Assembly (NCBI GenBank): GCA_963850305.1
Contig: CAWKKR010000001.1
Span: forward strand, 64,001 to 128,000
Length of the DNA: 64,000 bases
Direction: 5' to 3'
DNA from: an uncultured delta proteobacterium
GTDB taxonomy: Bacteria; Myxococcota_A; Polyangia; Polyangiales; Polyangiaceae
Of this stretch, positions 9,897 to 19,772 are shown piece after piece (the first letter of the stretch is position 1; every line of letters begins with the position of its first letter). The notes beneath the pieces were generated by a model that saw nothing but the letters and a program-made list of their open reading frames with translations, was not told where the DNA came from and made no database searches. Made by a program: the position numbers and the translations under genes.

Positions 9897-11723
9897 ATGG
9901 AGCGCGTCATCGGCATCGACCTCGGGACGACCAACTCGTGCGTGGCGATCATGGAGGGTGAAGCGCCCGTCGTGATTCCAAACCGCGGTGGCTACAAGAC
10001 GACCCCTAGCATGGTGGCCGTGACAGAAGCCGGAAAGCGTCTCGTCGGGCACATTGCGAAGCGGCAAGCCATCACGAACGCCGAGAGCACGGTCTACGCA
10101 GCCAAGCGATTGATCGGCCGAAAGTGGAACTCCCCTCAGGTCAAGAACGCACTCATGACGTCAAGCTACTCGATCGTCGAGGGACCTCATGACGACGTCC
10201 GCATACGCCTCCGCGACAAGGAGTACAGCGTTCCCGAAGTTAGCTCGATGATCTTGCAGGAAATGAAGGTCATCGCGGAGGATTACCTCGGGGAACCGGT
10301 GAACAAGGCGGTCGTTACCGTGCCGGCCTACTTCAACGACAACCAGAGGCAAGCCACCAAGGACGCCGGCGCGATCGCGGGACTCGACGTCATCCGTATC
10401 ATCAACGAGCCGACTGCCGCGTCGCTCGCCTACGGGTTCGGCAAGAATATCGACAAGACGGTCGCAGTTTACGACCTCGGCGGCGGCACGTTCGACGTGT
10501 CCATCTTGGAGATTGGATCCCACGGTATCTTCAAGGTCATCGCGACCACGGGCGACACATTCCTCGGCGGAGAGGACTTCGACGCGCGCATCATCGATTG
10601 GCTCGTGCAAGGGTTCCAGGAAGAGCATTCGATTGATCTGAGGCAAGATCGAATGGCGCTTCAGCGGCTTCGAGACGCGGCGGAAAAAGGCAAATGCGAG
10701 CTCTCGAGCGTGAGAGAAGCGGAGATCAACCTCCCCTTCATCATCTCGACAGGCAGGAACGAAGCGCTCCACTTGCAGAAGACATTGTCCAGGGACACGC
10801 TGGAGCGGCTGACCGGCGATCTCGTCGAGCGCACGGTTTCAATCTGCCGGGAAGCACTCCAGGACGCGAGTCTGGGCACCGACGAGATCGACGACGTGAT
10901 CCTGGTCGGCGGCATGACTCGGATGCCTTCCGTTCAGCACGCGGTCGCGGCTCTGTTCAAGAAGGAGCCGAACAAGAGCGTGCATCCAGACGAGGTTGTC
11001 GCTCTCGGTGCAGCGATTCAGGGCGCCGCGCTGACGGACGACAAGCGCGAAATGATCCTGCTCGACGTGACGCCGCATGCCCTCGGCATCATGACCTTCG
11101 GAAGTTACTTCGAAGAGCTCATTCCTCAGAACACGACCGTCCCAACGAGCCGCACCAAGGTCTTCACTACCAGCCGCGACAACCAGACAGCGGTGAAGAT
11201 TCTCGTCATGCAGGGGGAAAGCAAGAAGGCCCACGACAACGAACTTCTCGGCGAATTCATCCTGACGGGTCTCCGCGCCGCACCGAAGGGCCACGTCGAG
11301 ATCGAAGTCACCTTCGAGATCAACACGGACGGAATCGTCAGCGTCCACGCGAAGGATCTGGAGAATGGTCAGGCGCAGTCGATCCAGGTGACCGCCTCGA
11401 GCGGCCTCACCCAGGACGAGATCAGTCACATGATCGAGAACGCCCGCGACTATCTCGTCGAGAGACGCACTGACGAAGAATTCGAAAAAGCGAAGCAGGA
11501 AGCCGAAACTTTGATCTCCGAGATCGAACGAATGTTCCCGGAGGTCGAGAGGATCGTCGCGTCGAGCGATTTCGGACGCGACGCGATAAGCAAGGCGCGC
11601 AGCGTCCTGGAGAAGTCCCGCGACGCCATCCGAAAAAAGGAAGCGCAGGGCGTCCGGGAGCAGGTCGAGGGGCTCGCGCGTACGCAGCGGATGTTCAAAG
11701 GCGTAGTCTCGCGGGCACAATAG
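9897..11723 (+). CDS. dnaK: Hsp70 chaperone DnaK paralogue
   Basis: [46 protein letters not shown] linker, substrate-binding domain and helical lid. 608 aa. Confidence 0.95.
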   Translation: MERVIGIDLGTTNSCVAIMEGEAPVVIPNRGGYKTTPSMVAVTEAGKRLVGHIAKRQAITNAESTVYAAKRLIGRKWNSPQVKNALMTSSYSIVEGPHDDVRIRLRDKEYSVPEVSSMILQEMKVIAEDYLGEPVNKAVVTVPAYFNDNQRQATKDAGAIAGLDVIRIINEPTAASLAYGFGKNIDKTVAVYDLGGGTFDVSILEIGSHGIFKVIATTGDTFLGGEDFDARIIDWLVQGFQEEHSIDLRQDRMALQRLRDAAEKGKCELSSVREAEINLPFIISTGRNEALHLQKTLSRDTLERLTGDLVERTVSICREALQDASLGTDEIDDVILVGGMTRMPSVQHAVAALFKKEPNKSVHPDEVVALGAAIQGAALTDDKREMILLDVTPHALGIMTFGSYFEELIPQNTTVPTSRTKVFTTSRDNQTAVKILVMQGESKKAHDNELLGEFILTGLRAAPKGHVEIEVTFEINTDGIVSVHAKDLENGQAQSIQVTASSGLTQDEISHMIENARDYLVERRTDEEFEKAKQEAETLISEIERMFPEVERIVASSDFGRDAISKARSVLEKSRDAIRKKEAQGVREQVEGLARTQRMFKGVVSRAQ

Positions 11724-11763
11724 GATCGTATGAGCGCGCGACCAGTCTCGGAGATCGCCTGAA

Positions 11764-12621
11764 GTGGCCACGCGAGGGACCCCCCCACCTGCTTCGCGCC
11801 GTCCCGAGACGGCACCGATAGACGATAGCTGGGACGAGCTGGTCGTCGGCGCGCTGAGAAGCGAGAAGCCCGCCTCCGGTGCCGACGCTTTCGATCGAGC
11901 GACGGTTCCCACTTCACCCCCCGGCGCCTCCGGTCTTGAGCTCGACACGACGTCGGAGCCCCCACGAGCGTCACCCGGTGCACTTTCCCGGCTGGCACAA
12001 AATCCCACCAACGATAGGCGGAACACCGTCCCCGAACCGGTCATGGAGCGTTATCTGTCGCGCCTGGAGAGCGGGCTAGCCTCCGCCGCCTCGTCCCTCG
12101 AATCGGAGCGAGACTCGGAGCCAGTCAGCGGTGAGGCCGACCGAAACTCTCCGCTCGACCTGGTCGAGACGTATCGCCGCGCGACACAATCGCTACCGCA
12201 ACCAACCGCTGACGGCCCCACCGATGGCGACCGCGCCGGGCGCGAGAGCGGCACTCTCCGCGACATGCAGGACCGGTACGCGGTCGGCGATTTCACCGGC
12301 GCCCTGGTGGTCGCCGAGAGCATCCTCGAGGCAAACCCCGAAAATCCGGACGCAAAGCGCTATGCGCAAAGCTGTCGCGAGGTTCTCACACAGATGTACG
12401 CCGCCCGCCTCGGACCGATGGACCAGGTCGCGGTCGTCTCCGTGCCGCAGGAGCAGATCACGTGGCTGTCCCTCGATCATCGGGCCGGTTTCCTTTTGTC
12501 CCTCGTGGATGGTGTTTCCTCGATCGAGGAGATCCTCGACGTCAGCGGGATGACTCGCCTCGACGCGCTCCGGATCATGTACACACTCTACCAGCAGAAC
12601 GTGATCACGTTGCACCATTGA
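11764..12621 (+). CDS. hypothetical protein (disordered N-terminus, TPR-like pair, C-terminal wHTH-like module)
   Basis: Co-oriented ORF ending in WLSLDHRAGFLLSLVDGVSSIEEILDVSGM...; start codon uncertain. Confidence 0.7.
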   Translation: MATRGTPPPASRRPETAPIDDSWDELVVGALRSEKPASGADAFDRATVPTSPPGASGLELDTTSEPPRASPGALSRLAQNPTNDRRNTVPEPVMERYLSRLESGLASAASSLESERDSEPVSGEADRNSPLDLVETYRRATQSLPQPTADGPTDGDRAGRESGTLRDMQDRYAVGDFTGALVVAESILEANPENPDAKRYAQSCREVLTQMYAARLGPMDQVAVVSVPQEQITWLSLDHRAGFLLSLVDGVSSIEEILDVSGMTRLDALRIMYTLYQQNVITLHH

Positions 12622-12653
12622 GGTAGCCCTGGGCCGCGCTACTCTCGCGCGCA

Positions 12654-14708
12654 ATGTCCACCCTCTCGGCGTTGAGCCGCGTAGTCGCGGGGGGGCTCCT
12701 CGCCGTGTCGGGCGAGTTGGCGTTTTCTCGCGGCGCCCCCGCCCCGGTCTCGGCAACGTCCTTCGCGAACCGGCTCCCGATGCGAGACGAACGGCGCTCC
12801 GACGTCCAATCGTTACGTGACGCCGAACCGCCGCAGCAGGTGGGCGCTGCCTTCGACGACGACCGGAGCATGCCCCTGCACGCCGCGAAAGTCGCTTCGT
12901 ACGTCATCGCCGCGCGCCTCGACGCGCTCGCGCACACCATCGATGGCCACGCGACGCTTTCATGGGTCAACGCGTCGAGCAGACCTGCAACCGAACTTTA
13001 CGTTCACCTCTATCTGAACGCGTTCAAGAATAACCGCACCGTGTTCTTGCGTTCCCCCTTCGGCGCCGGCCGAAGCGGCCAGGGCGCGAGGACGTGGGGA
13101 TTCATCGACGTGAAGAGCTTCGTCATCCGTGAACTCGGGAGTGGCGACCTCTGGCCTCACGGTGCCCATGACGACGACGACCCGAACGACGAAACGGACA
13201 TCCGCGTCCCGCTCCCTAAGCCAATCGAACCCGGCGAGCACATCACGGTCGACTACGCGTGGTCGAGCCAGCTTCCGGAGGTCGTCGAGCGGACAGGGTA
13301 CGTCCGCGACTTTTACATGGTCGGCCAGTGGTTCCCGAAGATCGCTCGACGAGAACCGGATGGCGTATGGGCGCACTTCCCCTTCAATGCGCAGAGCGAA
13401 TTCTACTCGGATTTCGGCAGCTACGACGTCACCCTCGACGTTCCGGCAAACATGATTGTCGGCGCGACCGGTGAACGCGTCGCCGACGACGTCGTCGCCG
13501 ATCGTAGACGCGTTCGCTATCACGCCGATGACGTGCACGACTTCGCGTGGACGGCATGGGCCCGCTTTCGCGAACGCGACCGAACCCTCGACGGTGTCGA
13601 GGTGCGCCTCCTCTACCCGCCCGGCAATGAAGCCAACGCCGACGCCACAGTCCTTGCCGTGGATCACGGGCTCCGTCAGTTCGGTGCCGCGTTCGGTCGC
13701 TATCCATACCCGACTCTGACCGTCGTTCACCCGCCGGTCTGGGCGCCCGCCGCTACCGGCATGGAATATCCGACGCTCATCACGACCGGATTTCCCTGGT
13801 ACACCGCGTTCGTCTCGAGCCTCGTGGAACGTGTGACGCTCCACGAACTGGCGCACCAATGGTTCTACGGCCTCGTCGCGACCGACGAGCATTCGTGGCC
13901 CTTCCTCGACGAGGGCATCACCACGTATGCCGAATCGTCGGCCATGCGAACGCTCTTCGGCGGTGCGAGCGGATTTCGTGCGCCCGGAATCGCCATCGAC
14001 GGCGACACGTACCTGCGGGGGCTTGCCATCGACGCCGGGCACGACGACGTCGTCGCGCGGCCCGCCGCGGACTTCGCGAACTTCGGCGAGCTCGGCGCAC
14101 TCGTGTACGCACGCACGGGCACGATTCTCGAAACGCTGGCCCGGGTGTACGGACGCGACTCCCTACGTCGAGCGATCGGCCGGTATGCGCGGCGTTACCG
14201 CTTCGAACACCCGAACCCGAAACACCTCGTCGCGACGTTGCGAGAGGTGATGGGTGATGAACCCGCCGATTTCCTGAGCTCCGCACTCTTCGAGGGCGGC
14301 ACCGTCGACTTCGTCGCGAAGGATCTGCAATCGCTACCCGCTCGTGACGCGGCCGGAGTCTTCGACGGACCCCGCGGCCGCGAGACGACCGCGCAGCACA
14401 CGCATCCCGACGACTGGGCGTCCCGCGTGCTCGTTTACCGCCACGGGACACTGCGGGTACCGGTGGACGTGGAACTCTTTTTTGCCGACGGTTCCAAGAC
14501 ACGACGTCACTGGGACGGGCAGAGCCGCTTTCAGGCGTTCTCGGCTCGCGGCCGGAGTCCCCTCGTCGCAGCTCAAGTCGATCCGGACCAGCGAGTGCTG
14601 CTAGACGACGACCTCGCGAACAATGCCGTCGGAAAAGGCGCGCGCGCACGTGTCGTCGAACGTTCCCTCTACGCCGCAGAGCTCGCGTTCGGAGCCGTTG
14701 GCCCATGA
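12654..14708 (+). CDS. M1-family zinc aminopeptidase, probably exported
   Basis: GMEYP exopeptidase motif, HELAHQW...LDEG zinc motif, N-terminal hydrophobic segment. Confidence 0.9.
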   Translation: MSTLSALSRVVAGGLLAVSGELAFSRGAPAPVSATSFANRLPMRDERRSDVQSLRDAEPPQQVGAAFDDDRSMPLHAAKVASYVIAARLDALAHTIDGHATLSWVNASSRPATELYVHLYLNAFKNNRTVFLRSPFGAGRSGQGARTWGFIDVKSFVIRELGSGDLWPHGAHDDDDPNDETDIRVPLPKPIEPGEHITVDYAWSSQLPEVVERTGYVRDFYMVGQWFPKIARREPDGVWAHFPFNAQSEFYSDFGSYDVTLDVPANMIVGATGERVADDVVADRRRVRYHADDVHDFAWTAWARFRERDRTLDGVEVRLLYPPGNEANADATVLAVDHGLRQFGAAFGRYPYPTLTVVHPPVWAPAATGMEYPTLITTGFPWYTAFVSSLVERVTLHELAHQWFYGLVATDEHSWPFLDEGITTYAESSAMRTLFGGASGFRAPGIAIDGDTYLRGLAIDAGHDDVVARPAADFANFGELGALVYARTGTILETLARVYGRDSLRRAIGRYARRYRFEHPNPKHLVATLREVMGDEPADFLSSALFEGGTVDFVAKDLQSLPARDAAGVFDGPRGRETTAQHTHPDDWASRVLVYRHGTLRVPVDVELFFADGSKTRRHWDGQSRFQAFSARGRSPLVAAQVDPDQRVLLDDDLANNAVGKGARARVVERSLYAAELAFGAVGP

Positions 14709-15547
14709 AGGCGGCCTTCCGCGCCGAACTGCGTGGAGCGGTCGTGCTCTACGCCTTTCGCTTGCTCGCCGGGTTCCTCGTCGCTTATCCCTTCGCTCGT
14801 ACGCTGACCTCGTTCGGGCCTTCGACCTCGCCGTACGGCGATCGCACGCTCTTTGCGCCTGGCGGATGGTTGCTCCTCGAAGCACTCCGTCTCGGCAGTC
14901 GTGCAGTGACGGCCTCGCTCGAAAGTGCGAGCGTCGCCATCGTGCTCTTGTCGATCGCCGGCCTCTTACCGCTCGCGTTCGTTGTTGGCCTGATTTCAGA
15001 TCCTGGGGCGCGCGGAACGGACCTGGTCAGGCGAGCAACCGAGCGTTTTCCGATCCTGGCGTTCGTCGCGGGGGTGGTCATCCTGGTGCAGGCGCTGGTC
15101 GTCGTCGGCACCTCGGTTCTCCTTGCGCACGCGATCGTACCGCTGGGCACACTCTTCGATGAACCCGGCTCGGATCTTTGTCTCGCGCTCATCGCAGCCT
15201 CCGGGGCTGCAATGGCGCTTGGCGCCGGTGTCCTTCACGACGTCGCCAGCATAGCCGTCGTTCGGAATCGCGCTTCTGCCGGAGAAGCGTTGACGGCGGG
15301 CTTCCGGGCAATGGCCGTCAGACCCAGGTCGATCTTCTTCAGCTGGGGCAGCGCGGTCCTAGCCGCAGCCGCCGCCATCGGCGTTGCCGCGTGGCTCACT
15401 GGACGCATCGACGTCTCGCGCCCGGGAGTACTGCGCATTCTCGGCGTGCTTGCAACACACCAGCTCGCGGCCTTTGCGCTCGCGATCGTCCGCATGCGCT
15501 GGCTCGGCGACGCGGCGCGCGTGCTCGAAGGACCGCTCGGGGTCTGA
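14705..15547 (+). CDS. multi-TM membrane protein
   Basis: About 6 hydrophobic segments; ATGA overlap with the M1 peptidase stop. Confidence 0.75.
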   Translation: MKAAFRAELRGAVVLYAFRLLAGFLVAYPFARTLTSFGPSTSPYGDRTLFAPGGWLLLEALRLGSRAVTASLESASVAIVLLSIAGLLPLAFVVGLISDPGARGTDLVRRATERFPILAFVAGVVILVQALVVVGTSVLLAHAIVPLGTLFDEPGSDLCLALIAASGAAMALGAGVLHDVASIAVVRNRASAGEALTAGFRAMAVRPRSIFFSWGSAVLAAAAAIGVAAWLTGRIDVSRPGVLRILGVLATHQLAAFALAIVRMRWLGDAARVLEGPLGV

Positions 15548-15561
15548 GTCACGCGAGCGGT

Positions 15562-16977
15562 CTATGTCTTGGCGCGCACCGTCATTGCTTGCTTGTAGAC
15601 CTGGACGTACCGGCGGGCGGGGCGATCCCACGACAAATCGAGCCGCATGACCCGGCGTCGGAGAACGGGCCATTCGGGGGACGCGTATGCCGAGAGGGCG
15701 CGATCGACGGCGCTCGCGACCCCCGACGGAGTGGCGTCCTCGAACAGAAAGCCGGTGCCGGTCTCCAGCGCGGCGTCCGCGTCCACGACCGCGTCCATCT
15801 GGGCTCCCCGGGCGCGGGCCACCGGAAGCGCACCGTACCGCTGAGCCGTCCGCGCGAGCGTTCCCGTTTCGTCGTACGACGCAGGAAGCAGCACGATATC
15901 CGCGGCCGCCGAGACGCGCCGGACGAGCGCCTCGTCCATGGCGCGCTCGATCACCAGACGCTCGCCGAATTCGCCGCGCAGGGCGTCGAGAGCCGAAAGG
16001 GGCCGAGGACTGCGGTTCAAAACGAAGAACGTCAGATCATTCTTGAAGAGTCCCTCTGCAGCTCGCTCAACGAGATCCGCCCCATCTTCATCCTCCACGA
16101 TTGCAGCCACGAGCGGGCGGCTCGTCTCGAGCTCCAGCCCGCGGCTCCGAACGAGCTCCGTCTTCGAGCTCCCCTTGTTCGACGGATCTTCCGCATCGTA
16201 ACGAGACCTCAGTGCGACATCCGTCGACGGATTGAACAGCGCATAGTCGAGCCCGCTCGGAATGCCGACGACCGGTGATGCGAGGCCCGCCGCGACGCGG
16301 CCGAGCGCACCGAAACGCATCGGATCCGAGAGGTCGCTGGCCACTGTCGTCGACACGGTCGTAACGGCGTGCGCCGCCCGTGCCCCGCATGCGAGCAGGC
16401 TGACTCCGCCCGGTTCGCGGCAGCTATCATCGACGTTCTCGAAGGAGAATTGTTCGACCTTCGCTGGCGCCACGACGCCGCGCCTTGAGCCGTCATGAAT
16501 CGTCAGCACCGTCGCGACCGCGTTCGAGGAGCGGAGGACCGCTGCCGCCGCGCCAGCAGCGGGCCAATCGTGGAGGTGAGCCACGTCGAATGGCTCGCGC
16601 TCCGCGCGCTGCTGAACGAGCGCCGCCGACGCCTCGCAGAGAAACGCGAACCGCTCGGCGTTGTCGTCGTAGGACGCCTGCTCACCATAAATGCCGGCGC
16701 GATCGAACAGCGCCGGCGCGTCGAAGAGGACGAGCGACACGCCGGTCGGAAGCTGCGCGTCGTGGACGGTGACGTGTACGTCGTTGCGGAGTTTCAACGG
16801 CGTCAGCCGCCGGGCGGCGAGGAGTCCGCTCGACTCGAAGCCTGGGTAGCGCGGAACCGCAACCGTGACGCGGTGACCGAGCTGGCTGAGCGTCTTGCTC
16901 AGCGCGAACACGGCGTCCCCGGCGCGCGTCGCCCGTGCCTGAGGCGACAGTTCTGGCGTCACCATGAGGATTTCCAT
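15562..16977 (-). CDS. glgA: glycogen/starch synthase (GT5)-like protein with degenerate catalytic motifs
   Basis: LFDRAGIYG, DNAERFAF, HLHDW, TIHD, VTTVS, QRYGALPV, TGFLF and LSWDRPA..Y match the GlgA fold, but KTGG is absent. Confidence 0.75.
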   Translation of the reverse strand: MEILMVTPELSPQARATRAGDAVFALSKTLSQLGHRVTVAVPRYPGFESSGLLAARRLTPLKLRNDVHVTVHDAQLPTGVSLVLFDAPALFDRAGIYGEQASYDDNAERFAFLCEASAALVQQRAEREPFDVAHLHDWPAAGAAAAVLRSSNAVATVLTIHDGSRRGVVAPAKVEQFSFENVDDSCREPGGVSLLACGARAAHAVTTVSTTVASDLSDPMRFGALGRVAAGLASPVVGIPSGLDYALFNPSTDVALRSRYDAEDPSNKGSSKTELVRSRGLELETSRPLVAAIVEDEDGADLVERAAEGLFKNDLTFFVLNRSPRPLSALDALRGEFGERLVIERAMDEALVRRVSAAADIVLLPASYDETGTLARTAQRYGALPVARARGAQMDAVVDADAALETGTGFLFEDATPSGVASAVDRALSAYASPEWPVLRRRVMRLDLSWDRPARRYVQVYKQAMTVRAKT

Positions 16978-17071
16978 CGGGCCTCGTGTACCTCAGCGTC
17001 ACCCCGAGCCGCAACCGAAGCCGCGGGAAACCCCTGGCTACCGCTGAAAAAGCGACTACCCTCCGCGCCTG

Positions 17072-17965
17072 ATGGATGACCTGGTCCACAAGGCCGCGAT
17101 CCTTCACGAAGCCCTCCCCTACATACGGCGGTTCCACGGACGCACGTTCGTGGTGAAATACGGGGGCCACGCAATGATCGATCCCGCGCTGAAGGAGAGC
17201 TTCGCGCGGGACGTCTGCCTCCTGCGCTACGTCGGAATTCAGCTCGTCGTCGTCCACGGCGGCGGCCCGCAGATCGACCTAACGCTCGAGAAGATGGGCA
17301 TAAAGGCGCATTTCTCCGGCGGCCTGCGCGTCACGGACGATGCGACCATGGACGTGGTCGAGATGGTGCTGTCAGGGTCGGTGAATTCCGATCTGGTCGG
17401 ACTCATCTGCAAGCAGGGAGGCCGGGCAATGGGCCTCTCCGGGCGCGACGACGCGTTCCTCCGCGCGAGGCGCATGCCGCAAATCGACGCCCAGGGGGAC
17501 GACGGCGCCAAGGTGAAGGTCGATCTCGGCCGTGTGGGGGAGATCTCGCAGGTCGATCCGAGCTTGGTCAGGAACCTCATTTCGAACGGCTTCGTTCCCG
17601 TCATCGCCCCGGTTGCGATGGACACGGATGGACACGCTCTGAACGTGAACGCGGACTCGGCGGCGGGCCGCATTGCCGAGTCCCTCGGCGCGGCGAAGCT
17701 CATCCTGATGACCGACGTGGACGGGGTGAAGACGAAAGACGGCAGTTTTCTCTCGTCGCTCGGCGCGGCAGAGGCGTCGCGCATGATCGAGGACGGCACG
17801 ATTTCAGGCGGCATGATCCCGAAGGTAGAGTGTGCTCTCGAAGCGGTGTCGAACGGCGTTGAGAAGGTTCACATCATCGATGGGCGGCGCCTCCACGCGA
17901 TGCTGCTCGAGATTTTCACGGACAAGGGCGTCGGAACCGAGATCCACCATCGCTCGGGAGCCTGA
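17072..17965 (+). CDS. argB: acetylglutamate kinase
   Basis: VVKYGGHAM, VVHGGGPQI, GLRVTD, NVNAD, GGMIPKV, EIFTDKGVGT. Confidence 0.97.
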   Translation: MDDLVHKAAILHEALPYIRRFHGRTFVVKYGGHAMIDPALKESFARDVCLLRYVGIQLVVVHGGGPQIDLTLEKMGIKAHFSGGLRVTDDATMDVVEMVLSGSVNSDLVGLICKQGGRAMGLSGRDDAFLRARRMPQIDAQGDDGAKVKVDLGRVGEISQVDPSLVRNLISNGFVPVIAPVAMDTDGHALNVNADSAAGRIAESLGAAKLILMTDVDGVKTKDGSFLSSLGAAEASRMIEDGTISGGMIPKVECALEAVSNGVEKVHIIDGRRLHAMLLEIFTDKGVGTEIHHRSGA

Positions 17966-17969
17966 AACC

Positions 17970-19019
17970 TTGGGGGTCCTGGGTCAGCCCGAGCGCCCCT
18001 GGAAGGCTGCGACGCGTCCCCCGGACGTCGAGGACGCTGCCATCGTCCGGGTATTTCGCGTGCCGCCCGAGGCGGCGGGCACCCGGGTGGACGTGTTTTT
18101 GAGCTCGCAGCTCCGGAACACGAGCCGGACGCGCGCAAAGCGCATCGCCGAGCGCGCCGTATACACGCTCGACGGCCGGAAGCTTCGGGGAAACGATCGG
18201 GTCCGCGTCGACGATCACGTCGCCGTATGGCGGCTTCCGCCCGACGAAGCCGACGACCCTGTTTCCCTCCCCGTCGTCTACGAGGACGAGCACCTGCTCG
18301 CGATCGACAAGCCGCCGATGCTCGCCGTGCACCCGACGGCAAGGCACCACAGGGCGACGGTGATCAAGCTGCTCCAGGCACGATTTCCGGCGCAGTTCTT
18401 CTCGCTCATCCACCGGATCGACCGCGAGACGAGCGGCGTCCTCCTTTGCGGCCGGTCGCCCGCCGCCGACCGAGCCTTCAAGCGGCTCATCGAAGATAGA
18501 TCCATCGCCGCGTCGAAGTCCAACTCGCGCCCCGTGGGTCCGAAAATTCAGAAGACCTATCTAGCGATAACCTGGGGCATTCCCGACTCCGGCATCATCG
18601 ACTTACCCCTCGAGCGCGATCCGACGAACCCGCTTCGCGTGAAGATGCGCGTCGCGAAGGGCGCCCTCGAATCGCGAACGGAGGTCTCCGTTCTCGAAAC
18701 TGCGGACGGCTATGCGCTCGTCTCGTGCGATCTGCTCACGGGACGCCAGCACCAGATCCGCATTCACCTGGCCGAAGCTGGCTGCCCGATCGTCGGTGAC
18801 AAGCTCTACGGACCCGACGAGCGCATGCTCGCGCGGGCCGCCGATCGCGAGCTGACGGCGGAGGACCTGGCGCGCCTCGAGCTACCTAGGCACGCGCTTC
18901 ATGCGCACCGATACCGGCTGCCACATGCCGTCACCGGCGCGCCGTTGGATCTCGTCGCGCCGCTTCCGCCCGATCTCGCCGCATTCTGGCACTCGCGACC
19001 GCAGATTCGCTCGACGTGA
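17970..19019 (+). CDS. RluA/RluD-family 23S rRNA pseudouridine synthase
   Basis: S4-like N-terminus, DKPP, HRIDRETSG catalytic Asp motif, TGRQHQIRIH, GDKLY, LHA. Confidence 0.93.
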   Translation: MGVLGQPERPWKAATRPPDVEDAAIVRVFRVPPEAAGTRVDVFLSSQLRNTSRTRAKRIAERAVYTLDGRKLRGNDRVRVDDHVAVWRLPPDEADDPVSLPVVYEDEHLLAIDKPPMLAVHPTARHHRATVIKLLQARFPAQFFSLIHRIDRETSGVLLCGRSPAADRAFKRLIEDRSIAASKSNSRPVGPKIQKTYLAITWGIPDSGIIDLPLERDPTNPLRVKMRVAKGALESRTEVSVLETADGYALVSCDLLTGRQHQIRIHLAEAGCPIVGDKLYGPDERMLARAADRELTAEDLARLELPRHALHAHRYRLPHAVTGAPLDLVAPLPPDLAAFWHSRPQIRST

Positions 19020-19026
19020 ATCGCAC

Positions 19027-19581
19027 TCAGTCGCGAGCAGCGTCGCGCGGCCCGGCATCGGTGCCTCGGCCGCCATGCGGCGCTCGGGCGTCGCCGACCG
19101 CGGCATCTGGCTTCGATGCCCCCCCGCTGTCCGCCTCGCCGCCCTGCGGTCCCGAATCTGGAAGCGCTGCCGGGGCGTCTTCACCAGCGTCCCCGATCGC
19201 GTTCGTTGCGCCGCAGGACGATGCTTCGACCGTGACAACGCAAGGGTGCGTGTCGAAGTCTGCGCAGGCGCTGTAGGAGGAGATCGCCGATACACAGGCG
19301 GCCACGGTCGCGCTCTCCACCTCGCCGCAAGAGGACGAGCCGGCGACTCGCAAATACCCGGGACAAGATACCGCGGAGGCGCTGCATCCGAGTCGAGTCC
19401 GCGCCGCCGTCACGGCGGACAGCAGCGTTCCGCATGCGGCGTCCAGCGAAGTCGTCGCGCCGCCGTCCGACTTGGGTTGCGTGATGCCCACCAGAGGCGG
19501 CACCTCATCTTCGATCTTGGGGTCTTGTACGCATCCCGCCGCCAGAACCAGAGCGCTGAGCGCCGAAAGAATCCGGGACAT
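19027..19581 (-). CDS. Cys-rich lipoprotein
   Basis: MSRILSALSALVLAAG|C lipobox, multiple Cys, DAG/DSG low-complexity tail. Confidence 0.75.
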   Translation of the reverse strand: MSRILSALSALVLAAGCVQDPKIEDEVPPLVGITQPKSDGGATTSLDAACGTLLSAVTAARTRLGCSASAVSCPGYLRVAGSSSCGEVESATVAACVSAISSYSACADFDTHPCVVTVEASSCGATNAIGDAGEDAPAALPDSGPQGGEADSGGASKPDAAVGDARAPHGGRGTDAGPRDAARD

Positions 19582-19772
19582 GGCGCGACATCCTAACACC
19601 GAAGGTGCCCCCCATCGTCCGTCCTCACTCGCTCCCGCTCGCTGCGAGCGGCCGGTTCCCCGCCAGGCCTCGCCCCGAGGCCGGGCCGAGGCGGGGGGAA
19701 CGCCGGCACGCGGGTCGAACGGCGACCCGTTGACGGCCGCCCCCACCGACGATATCCGAAACCCTGGGTCCC

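Noticed and set aside
19600..19772. ZMP/ZTP riboswitch upstream of purH
   Set aside because: The GACUGGCG and CGCCUGGGC core elements, as I recall them, are not present. An Infernal search would be decisive.
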